Source: Geosiphon pyriformis uo1 (taxonomy: Eukaryota > Fungi > Glomeromycota). Taken from it: a stretch of DNA of 64,000 nt. The stretch is from positions 716,719 through 780,718 of the forward strand of contig JAAOMT010000512.1 in NCBI GenBank assembly GCA_016748015.1. Direction: 5' to 3'. Shown piece by piece: positions 1 through 10,848 of the stretch. Position 1 is the first letter of the stretch. Each line of letters begins with the position of its first letter. Below the pieces are notes generated by a model, which searched no databases, had not been told where the DNA came from, and saw only the letters and a list, made by a program, of their open reading frames with translations. The position numbers were made by a program, and so were the translations under genes.

Positions 1-1541
1 TATGCCAACATCAATTTCTTTGGAGAGGATCTCCTAATTGAAACCACAGTTTACTAGCTTTTAAACTAATAGGCACACCTCCAAAGAATGAGAGTGCAAG
101 CCAACCAGAAGAAAACTCCTTTTATGCTTTTAACTTAACTAATGATGATCATAACATGGATGAACTAGCAATCAACACCTCAGAATCAACAAGGAAGAAA
201 AAGAAAGCCAAGGTTGATTTCGTTTTAGATCCAAATAAACCATCCACATCAACTGCTAATAACAATAAGCCACCAAAGGCTAAAGTTTTTAAGAATCCTC
301 CAAAGTTGGAACTCCCAGAAATAGTACAAAAATCTGGTCCTTATTCTGTTGTCAAAGATCTCATGGAAACTCCTGCACACATTACCTTTGGCCAACTAAT
401 GACCCACTCACAATTCAGAAAAGATCTCCATAAATCTTTAATTCCCAAAAAAAAAACACCAAAAACCAATAAACGCCCTCGCCAAGCTGAACTTGCTGAC
501 AACAGCAATGTTACTCTATTAATTTGCAAAGCCCAAGTGGCTGGCTATTTTATTGACTTAATCCTGAACAGTGGATTATCTATTAGCATTATTGCCAAAC
601 ACTTTTTGGAAGCAATTGAGAGAAAGATTGATGAACTTTCCACCCGACCAATGACCAATATACATGGTGACAAGAAAAAAAGTCTGGACATAGCCAAAGC
701 TGTTCCTGTTTGTATCAATGGCATGAGCATTGAAACTAACATGGAAGTTTCTGAAGCCAAGAAATACACTATTATTGTTGGAAATGAATGGCTCAAGAAA
801 GCCAAAGCATTACTTGACTATGAACTTTGTGAGCTAACCATCAGATGTGGTGAAAAGCCCATTGTGGTTAAGTGTCACCACTGGACAACTCTTCCAACAC
901 CAAAACAGAATCAGAAAGAAGAACAATCAGAGGAATCAGATGATGAAGAAGAACAAGAGGAACAAGAAAAAACTGCTGAACTTGCCTATACCACTTTTAT
1001 CAGCAATGGCAAGCCACTGGACAATGTCAAAGCTAACAGAGAAGAAATTATTGTAAATGGCAAGCTGATCTGCTGGTCCTACTATGATATCCTAAGAAGA
1101 ACTTTTGACCAGAAGCCTAGCAAGAAAGCCAAGTACTGTTATTGGTGGCATGGTTCTTGTGCCCAGTGCTGGTGCAATCAACCCTTGTATTCTCCAAGTG
1201 ATGAATGCAAATCCTGCCTGATCTATTACAAAGATTGGGAACCAATCAGTTTGATATCAAGAAAAAAATTAAAAGAAGTATAGAAGTTCTTTGAGAATGA
1301 ACCACTTGAAATCCAATCACTAGTTGTAAAACAAAGAAAACCCTTCCCAGAAGAAAGAAAGATAGACATTAAAAATCTGTTGGTTAGAAATAGCCCAGTT
1401 ATCTCAAAAAAAGGTAATACCCTCAGATAAACCCATGTGATACAACACACCATCACTACCAGAGAAATTCACCCCATTCATTTGAAGCCATATCAATCCA
1501 ATTGGTGCAATAATGAGTTTATCAAAAAAGAGATAAACTGG
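1..1541 (+). pseudogene. Element A gag C-terminus/aspartic protease/Cys-rich linker (decayed)
   Basis: ORF 156-1283: LILNSGLSISII (decayed D-S-G protease motif), IIVGNEWL, acidic tract, CAQCWC...ECKSC; runs into the pre-RT region (THVIQHTI...PIHLKPY). Confidence 0.85.
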
Positions 1542-2426
1542 TGTTACAGGTGATTATTTCTGCTGTTAAATTAAATAACAAACCTGTAACTTGGTGCTCA
1601 AAAGCTACTTCTGTTGAGGCTGTTCTGCAGGTGCTGTATCTGAAGGTTTTGATGGATCTGAAGGTTTTGGTTGAATCCTTTGTATAATGGACAGAGATTC
1701 AATAGTGTCAATAGTAGAGATATTTTCCAAGAGTTTTCCCAATTTCTTTTTCAGTGTGGTGGCCAGATTTAGTCTGGCAGTCGTGTCCTTCTGGTAAGCT
1801 ATCCGATAATATATAAAAATCCTACCCGTATTTCTGGGTCTTTTACCAGGCTATCCTTGATGTCAATAACTCAGCACTTAATCGTTTATCAATTAGTATA
1901 TAACAACAAATCAAAATAAAATAAAGAAAAAAAAAATAAAAAGAAATAAAGAAAGCAAAGAAATAAGCCAAGACAATTTGCAGATTAGTATCTCGTCAAT
2001 AGCCATGATCAAGAGCTATTTTTCTAGCATGATCAAGTATCAATTACTATCAACATGAAGGGTTGATAGTGGGGAAGTAGATGGAAATATAAAATAATTA
2101 TTTATTTGATGATTGTGTTTCTAGGCTAATGATTCTGTGGTATCGATTCTGTCTTTTCTGTTTCTAACACTACTACTATATATACATAATTGGGATTCCT
2201 CAATTCCTTAATTCTTTATGATAGAAATCCTAGAATTCCTGGAATCCTGCGATTCCTTTGAGAGGAATCCTGCAATTCTGGAATCCTGCAATTCTTTGTT
2301 GGGAATCCTGAAATTCCTGGAATTTTGCAATTCCTGAGAAGAATCCTGGAATTCCACATTTACTATGCTTACTTCTGATTGGCTAATAATTATGCTAATA
2401 TATTTCCTATATTTCTATAAGTAACA
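1542..2426 (-). repeat. 3' LTR of element B
   Basis: Starts TGTTAC, ends GTAACA; near-identical to 10849-11733; PPT adjacent on the internal side. Confidence 0.97.
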
Positions 2427-2441
2427 TTATTCCCTCCTTTT
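2427..2441 (-). other. Polypurine tract of element B
   Basis: Minus strand AAAAGGAGGGAATAA immediately before the 3' LTR; C has AAAAGGAGAGAATAA at 59594-59608. Confidence 0.9.
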
Positions 2442-3099
2442 AATATTGAGCTCCATTGAAATCTAACTCATGTAATTCCCCCTCTTGAAGTATTTCCTGG
2501 ATTTTGTTTTCGAGAATTACTTGTGTTATTTGGGTCTGTAATTCTTCAAATTGAGGATTGGTGATTTTTCTCAATTGATTACTGGTAATCTTATCCATTG
2601 CTTTATTGAGCAATATTTCTGGTTTATCTTGAAATGCTGTGTGTATTTGATATATGGCTCAGGCTTGTGTGAATAAGTTGTTCTTTCCCACAAAATGTTC
2701 TAATTGTTATAGTATTCTTTTGTCAAATAATCGCTTTGTTTTATCCGTATATAGATTCTGGATATTTACATGTTGTCTCAAATAAAAATAACAATAGTTT
2801 TGTGAAAATTGTTGTATTCACCAATTCCAAGTTTTTTTAGTCAACTCTTGATATAGTAACTCTTTTGTCAATTTTTTTATTGCTAATTTTACTTTCACCA
2901 TGATTTTGTCCACAGTATTTTCAGTTTTCTTCTGTGTTCTGAGTTGAAATGTCTTTCTAGTATCTTAATATCGAATGGTTTGTTGATTGATTGTAATCTC
3001 TATTTCCTGGTGTTGGATTAATTGAAAGAGTTGTTGTGCTAGTGAGTGAATGTTGTCTGTAATTTCCATTTTTCTGATATTTTCTATCGCGTCTACCAT
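2440..3099 (-). pseudogene. Element B ORF3, ~220-codon protein of unknown function (4 nonsense mutations)
   Basis: Manual translation MVDAIENIRKMEITDNIHSLAQQLFQLIQ...NIQNLYTDKTKRLFD...FEELQTQITQVILENKIQEIL...GAQY*; homologous and collinear with 58927-59595. Confidence 0.85.
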
Positions 3100-3168
3100 G
3101 TCTTTATATATTCTTTTGATGGATCAATTTAACGTGTTGTTGTTGATAATAATGATTGGTTCCAGATC

Positions 3169-4506
3169 TTATAGAATCTTATCTGGTTGGACTAATATTC
3201 TCTGTACTCCTAATTGTGGAATATTACTGGTAGATGGTAGTGTAATGTTGTGATATGGTTTTAGTTGATCTACATGTGCTGCTTTGGTTAAAATTTTGTT
3301 ATCCAATCTTAATTTGTAAGCACCATTTCCTAGAATTTCTTCTATGTGAAATGATCCGTCCCATTTGGGGTCAAATTTTCCACTCCATTGTTTTTCCGCT
3401 TTGGTACGATGTAGTAATACTTTGTCTCTGATCTTGAATTCAGCTGGTTTGTTTGGTAGTTGACTATCGTGTCTTTCTTTCTGTGTTTCTTGTGACTTTT
3501 GAATATTATCAGCTGCTCTTCTTTGTTTGTTTTCCAATGTTTCCATTAAGTTATATGTTCTTCTTAGCAATGTTTCTTGAAAATTTTCTTCTGTTATTGG
3601 TTCAGCTGGATATGTATTAATTTTTCTCTTTACTGATAACATTGCTATTCTCCCATATACTAATTTAAATGGTGTTGCTTGTGTAGTATCCTGTTTTGTT
3701 GTCCGATAAGCAAATAGTACTGATAATATAAACAAATCCCAATCGTTCTGGTTTTTTTGGCTGAGCTTGGCTATTGCTTCACACAATGTTCTGTTGAATC
3801 TTTCTACTAATCCATTGGTTTGTGGATGGTATGGTGATGATAATGGTCTCTTGATTTCGAATCTTTGGCTTAATTCTGTTAATGTTCTGTTCACAAAATG
3901 AGTTCCTTGGTCTGATAATAATTCTTTTGGACATCCATGTCGACAAATTAAATCCTGATGAACAAATTTGGCAACGGATTCTGCATCTGCTCTTTGAATT
4001 GTTTTCACCTCTGGCCATTTAGTGAGATAGTCCATAGCTACTGCTATGTATCTGTTTCCTCTGCTGGTGATTGTTAATGGTCTGACTAAATCAATTCCCA
4101 TATGGTCAAATAATTGTCCTACTTTGATTGGTCTTAATGGTTCACTGGGTCTTGTTCCTCCTCTTTGCTGACAAGCATCACAATTTTGCACATATTGAAT
4201 GATGTCTGGGTACATTGATGGCCAATAGTATCTTTTTCTAGTTCTCTCCATAGTTGCTTCTTTGTGAAAATGTCCTGCTGTTGGATTTGAGTACATGTTG
4301 AATAATATTGTCTCTTTTTCTGGCTCCGTAATTACTCTGATTGGTTGATTTGGATCCCTTCTATTTTTCCGATAAAGTATATTTTGGTGAGTGATAAAAT
4401 ATTTTGATTGTTGTTTGATACTCCTTCGTTCCGTATGAGATAAATTCTCCTTGAACTGTTGAGTGTTTAGATAATGTTGTAATTGTTGATATTTTTGTAT
4501 GTTCAT
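3169..4506 (-). CDS. Element B integrase, stand-alone ORF (445 aa, open)
   Basis: Zn-binding (H>Y)..GHF..CDAC, catalytic GIDLV / LSDQG / NGLVERFN (DDE), C-terminal GPY/F-type WDGSF...GAYKL; no chromodomain. Confidence 0.95.
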   Translation of the reverse strand: MNIQKYQQLQHYLNTQQFKENLSHTERRSIKQQSKYFITHQNILYRKNRRDPNQPIRVITEPEKETILFNMYSNPTAGHFHKEATMERTRKRYYWPSMYPDIIQYVQNCDACQQRGGTRPSEPLRPIKVGQLFDHMGIDLVRPLTITSRGNRYIAVAMDYLTKWPEVKTIQRADAESVAKFVHQDLICRHGCPKELLSDQGTHFVNRTLTELSQRFEIKRPLSSPYHPQTNGLVERFNRTLCEAIAKLSQKNQNDWDLFILSVLFAYRTTKQDTTQATPFKLVYGRIAMLSVKRKINTYPAEPITEENFQETLLRRTYNLMETLENKQRRAADNIQKSQETQKERHDSQLPNKPAEFKIRDKVLLHRTKAEKQWSGKFDPKWDGSFHIEEILGNGAYKLRLDNKILTKAAHVDQLKPYHNITLPSTSNIPQLGVQRILVQPDKIL

Positions 4507-4571
4507 CTTTTTGTTGTATTTTTCGTTAGTATTGTTTTGGTTTTATTATATTTTTTTGGGTTGAAATGTTC

Positions 4572-7500
4572 TTAGATTTGTCTTATTTGCAATAAACCAT
4601 CAGTATTTCTATTGTCTTTTCCCTTTTTGTAATGTATAGTATAATTGTATGGTGCAAGTGCCATTTTCTATCTTGACTGTCTTCCATCTCCAAATTCTTG
4701 TTTTTGGAGTGATGTTAATTCCTTGTGATTTGTGTATACTTCAAACTTTTGGCTCAAGTATTTTTTCTATTTCATGACGGCCCAGTATATTGCTAAGTGT
4801 TCTTGTTCCGGTGTTCCATAGTTCTTTTTGGCTGGTGTTAAACCTCTGCTGGCATATGCTACTGGATGTTCTTTGCCATCCGGTCCTCTCTGAGATAATA
4901 CTGCTCCCAATGCTTGGCTGGATGCATCGGTGGTGATGATGAATGGTTTGCTGTAATCTGAATAGATTAGAACTGGAGCTTAGATGAGCTTTTTCCTCAG
5001 AATATCAAAAGCTTCTTGTTGACTTTCTGTCCATTCATATTTCACATTTTTGTTTTGTAGTTGATTGAGTGACTGCGCTATCTTGGAAAAGTTCTTAATA
5101 AAACAACAATAGTAGCTGGTAAATCCCAAGAATGATTTCAGTTCTGTTATATTGGTTGGCACTGGAAAGTTTTTTACTATCTCTATTTTCTTTGGATCTG
5201 TTTTGATGCCGTCTTTGCTGACTATGTGTCCCAAAAATTTGAGTTCTGTTTTGTCAAAAAAGCATTTTGTCGCATTCAACTTCAGTCCTGCCCTTCTCAG
5301 TTTTTCGAACACTTGTTAAAGATGATGAAGATGATCATCAAACGTCTTTGAGAATACATTGGTGTCATCCAAGTATACAACTACTGATTTCCACAATAAG
5401 CCAGTATAAACAATTTCCATTAGCTGTTGGAAAGTTGCTGGGGCATTGGTTAAGCCAAATGGCATTACTTCAAATTCAAAATTCCCTTCTCTAGTAGTAA
5501 ATGCCATCTTCTCTTTGTCAGCTGGATTCATGGCTACTTGCTAATAACCACTGTTCAAATCTAATGTGGAGAATCATTTGTTCCCACCGAAAGCATCGAA
5601 TAGTTCCTGTATTCATAGAGTTGGATAACTGTCTCCACAAGTTACACCATTGAGTTTTCTGTAGTCTACACAAAACTGGATTTTTCCATTTTTCTTTTGG
5701 ATGAGTACCACTGGTGATGACTATGAACTCATTAATAGTTGAATTAGCCCGTTGTCAAGCATTCTGTTTATTTCTTGACAAATAATCTCATGGCTGGCTG
5801 GCAGTACTCTGTATGCTCTTTGTTTGATTGGCATTGCATCTCCAGTCTTGATCTGATGCTAGATGATGTCAGTTTGGCCAAACTCATTTTTGCTGGCAAA
5901 GATGTTATTGAAATTGTTGAGTAATATCTTGAGCTGCATACATTGGAGTGGATCTAAGTTTTCTATGTTCATTTGTTCCAATTGTTCTGGTTGGAGCAAA
6001 TAACATTTGTCTTATTCATAGATTGTTTGTAATGTAATGTCAACATATCCACAAAGTTGTGAAAAGTCTGGAATGGGGTTTAGTGGTTGGTCTTCTATTT
6101 CTGTGGTTAGATATCCAATGGTAATTCCTTCTGGTATGTTGATGACATTGCCAGTGTTGTTGTAGATGGGAATTTTTATGCTGCTATAGCTTTTGGCTGG
6201 TATATGGAGATTGATCAATCCAATCTCTCCTGATTCACAAAGAGTTGCTTCTGCTTCAAAAATCTGTTCTTGCTCTTTTTCCTTCCTTTCTATTGCTAAC
6301 ATGTACTGGCTATATGGTGGGATAGAAATAGCTTGACCGGTTGAGATAATTTTTTCTTGGCCAACAGTTTCTTCCTCTGCCATGTTAACTAGTACATCTA
6401 TTCTACCTGTGGATCCGAATCTCTATATTCCTCTCGCCATTATTTCTAATTTCTCTCTCTTTCCCATTGATACTAACTGAGCTATTTTAACCAGAGGCAG
6501 GAATATTGCCTGTGCTATCTTTTCATTGGGCTCTATTACATAGGCTTTTTCTAAGTTATTTTGTAGCCTAGCGATAATATTTTCTACATATCTCACATCA
6601 ATTATTCCTCTTCTTATATTGATTCCTCTTTTCACTAAACTACTCCTAGATGCTAATTGAACCATTATTGTTGCCGGAATTTCTAGTGCTATTTTCAGAT
6701 CAATGCAGGTGCATGAATGTGGTTCTAATTTGATAGCATTTTTTCCTGGGTATCTCAGATCAAACCCTGCATCCATATTATGCACACATTCTGGCATAAT
6801 ATCTTCCCCATTGTCACTATACCATTTCAACTCTTGTTTCTTGGAGAGATCTGGTAGTGCAATATATTGTTCATAGTTCAAATCAGGTTTTGAATCTGAG
6901 TTTGAATTGTTTTCGTCGTTATTGTCATTTTGAATAGAGCTTGAACCGTTGTTATTGTCATCATTGTCGGAGTTTGAATCATGATTGATTGGCAATTCTG
7001 ATTCTGATGCGCAGCTGCTGATTGGTTCTTTTTCTTCAGAAATCGAGTAGATCATGCATGGTGGTGGATTGTAAATAAGGTCACACTCATTACAATACTG
7101 AAAGTCATAGAGAATTAGGCAGTGTTGACATAGTCGAGTGTTCAACTGCTCTAACTGTTGTTCTTGTTCTTCTCTTGTGGGTGCTAATTCTTGGTAGTGT
7201 TCATGGAATTGTTCTGGATCCAGAAGGTTTATGATGAGTTCTGCATTCCAGTCAAGCTCTAAAGGTTCTGGGGGGTTGTCTTTGATTGTTTTTATCTATT
7301 CTGGTGTCACTCCTTTGATTTTGGCAAGTGCTATTCACCAAATTTTGTTATCATCATGTGGGCAACTGTCCAGTTGCTGTACGGCTCTTTGCCAGGCTGC
7401 TTTCATTGGGGTTCTTTTTCTTACCCAGTCACTTATTAGAATCATGTATTAACATGATACATCGCACGTTCCTCCACGTCCTGGAATGTTGTTTCACATC

Positions 7501-10500
7501 CCTTCGTCTAGCAGGGTCTCCTCACAAAACAAGGTTGGTTATCCCATTTTCCTTGCCTCTTTGGTTGTTTGAAGCATTCGAATAAGCATAGACGACAGTA
7601 GAATTTTGTTGTGGTGTAATATTCCTCATCATCGCCACAGCATGCACCCATTGATGACAATTTCTTGCCACAATTGACGCATATAAGCTTAGGTTGATGA
7701 TAAGTAGATTGTTGTAAAATAGTGTAGGTATTATAAGCAGTGGTGGTTTGGGTGGTCCCTTTTTCTTTTCCTTTTCCTTTATTTTCTTTGTCTTCTTTCT
7801 ATTCCCAGCTTGACATTGGTTTGCTCTCATCATTGTTGGTACATGTTAGATCATCAGTTTCCCAAGTAAGTTCTTCTTTCTGTTTCTTTTTTCTCTTGTT
7901 GTTGTCGTTCTAGAAGAGTATTGGCAGTAGTTTGTTGTGCTCTTTGTCAGCCCACAATACTTAGTAGGCTTCTCAGGTAGGCTTTTCTTTCTCCTCCTCT
8001 AGTTCAATCAATAGTTTCTCTCTTGGAGGCATTTTGAAGTAGTCATACATGGCTGGGACACGTATGTGTTGGCCCTGATACATTAGCTGGAGTTCCTGGG
8101 TGTTCCAATCTAACGTTGTGTTGACTTTGGATAGCCAGTCATTACCAACAAAAGCTTGATATTGAGTGGTTTCTATTACTAGAACTTTAATGGGAGTCAT
8201 GATGCCATTGACTTCAAAAGGAAACTCGTTGATTTCACCAATTGGAGTTTTGGTCACTCCATCGGCTGTGATGATTCTGGCGCTGGCAGCTCGATCAACT
8301 CGGCGACTTAATTGATCCATGAGTTGTTGTGTGATTATGCTGCCAGCTGATCTACTATCTAGGATGAGTTTGATGGGGTGACCATCAACTCTGGCATCCA
8401 TGTACATTGCTGTTATGGGTTTCTCTTCGAGGGCAGCTCTACTGAATAATGTTATTGGTGTGTTTTCTTCGAGTTCGAAAGGAAAGATGGCTGCTAGGGA
8501 TTCGTTGCTAGAGATGGTTGCCGGTGAAATTGTGTTGGTAGATACATGCTGATTGGATTCTGTGTTGTTGGATGTGGCATTTTCTGGGGTAACCAGGAGA
8601 CTTAAATAATGTTGGGAATTTGGGTTTTGGACACGACTGGTATCCAAATTCCGGGTGCGTGATCTTGATAGTAGGTCTAGCAAATGGGGAATTGGTTGGT
8701 AAACAACTATCGCTAATCTCCAGTTTTGAGTGACTCTGGATTGAGGATTGTCTGATGTCATTTGAGCTGGGTTCTGGGGTGGTGTTTGAATTGGTTGGGG
8801 TTGATAGATGATTTGTGGTTGTGGTTGATATATTACTTGTGGCTGCGGCTGATAAATTGGAGGTTGATATACTGGCAGTTGATTGATTGGTTGCTGTATC
8901 ATTGGCAGGTAATTATTCTGATATTGGTCTTGATTTTGATTTGGATAATAATTCGGAGTTTGGAACCGGTAATTGGGGTTTTGATATTGATTTCCCGATT
9001 GTTGGTTATTTAAACGCTGGCAACAGTCAATTTGAATATGTCCTTGGTTACCACAATAGTGGCAGATATGCGTTTCCTGTTGCTACTGTTGATTGGTTGA
9101 TGAAGATGGACGCAGTTGATTTTGGTCACAATTGGAATTTCCTTGGTTATTGCATTGTTGTGGAGGCTAATAAATGACATGATTGTCAGTTAAGTATCTT
9201 TCTAATCTCTTATTAATTGATTCACTGAATTTCTCCAATTTGGAATCCAATTCAGATGATCCGTTCATTACTAGATTAACAGCTTGGGCATGATTAGCCT
9301 CTGACTCAGCAGATTCAAAATCTCTGGTGTGTGTGACTGCGTCTTGAAGCGTGTCAGGATGCAATGGATGTACATGTTGCAAGATGCTGCTGCATAGACC
9401 ACGGATAAACTGGTTGAGTATCTGTGATGCTGTGAAATAGTTATCATCAATTGCTTGAATTTGGCACAAGTTTTGATGGAAGTGTCCCAGGTAAGTGGTG
9501 ACTGCTTCAGTTTCTCCTTGTTTCATGGTGGTGAATGTATTGACTAGGCAATTGATGCTATTGTTGTTGCTGAAGTATCTTAGGAATTCTGCTTTGAAGG
9601 CATTGAAATCTTGGAGTTTATTAACCAAACTCTGATACCATAAATTGGCGGTATTCTTGAAAAAGTAGGGAATGGCTTACATTGTTTGAGCATTATTCCA
9701 TCTGTTGGCTGCAATGGTCTTTTCTACATCATTCAGCCATATTTGAGTGTCATCCTCTTTACCAGTAAAGTTGTCGAGTTTCGTGATTGGTGTATAGGCC
9801 ATTGGGTCTAAGTTAGGTGGTTGTGGTGGCTGTTGAAACGGTTGTTGTTGTCCTGGCTGTTGGGGTGGTAGCTAAAGTGGCTGCTGTATGGGTTCGGCTA
9901 TGGGATTAATTGGCAGTTGATTGATGACAATTACTGGTGGTAAGTTTTGCTGATTAATTAATTCGGGGTTTTGATTTCTTGGATTTGGCAGCATTTGAAT
10001 ATTCGGAGTTTTGATTTCCGGATTTTCTAACTGTTGCTGAGTTTGAATGTTCGGGGTTTCAACTTCCAGTTTTTCAGGGATCAGGTGTAGGTAAATGAAT
10101 TCTTGATCCTCTGATTCTTCTTCCTTCTTTTCTGATTCTGCTGCTTCCCATGGATCAGAGATTCCGAAATCTGGTGGAGGCGGTGGTGATCAAAGTTCTG
10201 ATGAGATTGATGATCGTGAATTAAATCCCTCAAAATATTCGCCCTATGGTCCTAACAATTCTGTTTTCCTTTGTCTACTTTGGAATGGGAATTGTCCAAA
10301 TGCTGATGTCGCAGTTGATAAGAACGTGTCAGTTGATGATATGTTAATGGCACTTCCAGGTGTATAGTGGTAGGATGGGTTGCTTGGGGATTCAATTCTG
10401 TTTTTTTTCCAAGCAGGTGGCTGTATTTTTTGGGGTGTTACTGCTGGTGTTTGTAATTTTTCTTTGCCTTTACTAGCGTATGTAATTGGATATCTTTGTT

Positions 10501-10826
10501 CAGTGTGGTGTTTAATTTCTTTGTTGATCTCAATGATGATGGATGCAAAATTATGGTTTGTTGATAGGTTGGTATTTTGAATTAATTCCTTATAGAAAGT
10601 TTCTCTTGCTGATTTAGTGTTCACTGGTGTTCCTAATAAAGAGGAAATCTTTTCATTAACGTAGAAATTGAAGGCTGATTCAGCAGATATATGATTGTGG
10701 TTTAATCCCAAGTATTAATAATAGTGTTGAAATAAGAATTTTGCAAATCCTAAATGGTTTGCTCCTATAATTTCTGATTCTGCCACTTTTGGTTTGGTGT
10801 TGTCGGTGCTGGTTCTCTGTAGGATT
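4572..10826 (-). pseudogene. Element B gag-protease-Cys-rich-dUTPase-RT-RNase H polyprotein (decayed)
   Basis: Capsid start MAYTPITKLDNFTG (9802), CCHC knuckle CHYCGNQGHIQIDC, LILDS(R)SAGS protease, dUTPase AGFDL/RSSL/GIID/KIAQ/FGSTG, RT MPFGLTNAPATF and YLDD, RNase H TDASSQALGAVL; stop at 4572-4574. Confidence 0.93.
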
Positions 10827-10829
10827 ATA

Positions 10830-10846
10830 CCTCACAGAGAGCACCA
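10830..10846 (-). other. Primer-binding site of element B
   Basis: TGGTGCTCTCTGTGAGG 2 nt after the 5' LTR, complementary to a tRNA 3' end ...CCUCACAGAGAGCACCA. It resembles elongator Met or Ile(UAU) tRNA ends; isotype not resolved. Decayed copy in C at ~50493-50509. Confidence 0.85.
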
Positions 10847-10848
10847 AA

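Noticed and set aside
2192-2356. GGAATCCTG repeats as CRISPR or telomeric repeats
   Set aside because: Short degenerate units inside LTRs, repeated in each LTR copy.
2440-3099. ORF3 as retroviral env
   Set aside because: Too short; no signal peptide, transmembrane anchor or cleavage motif seen.
3169-3260. Chromodomain at integrase C-terminus
   Set aside because: Only ~25 aa follow the GPY/F module and there is no aromatic-cage pattern.
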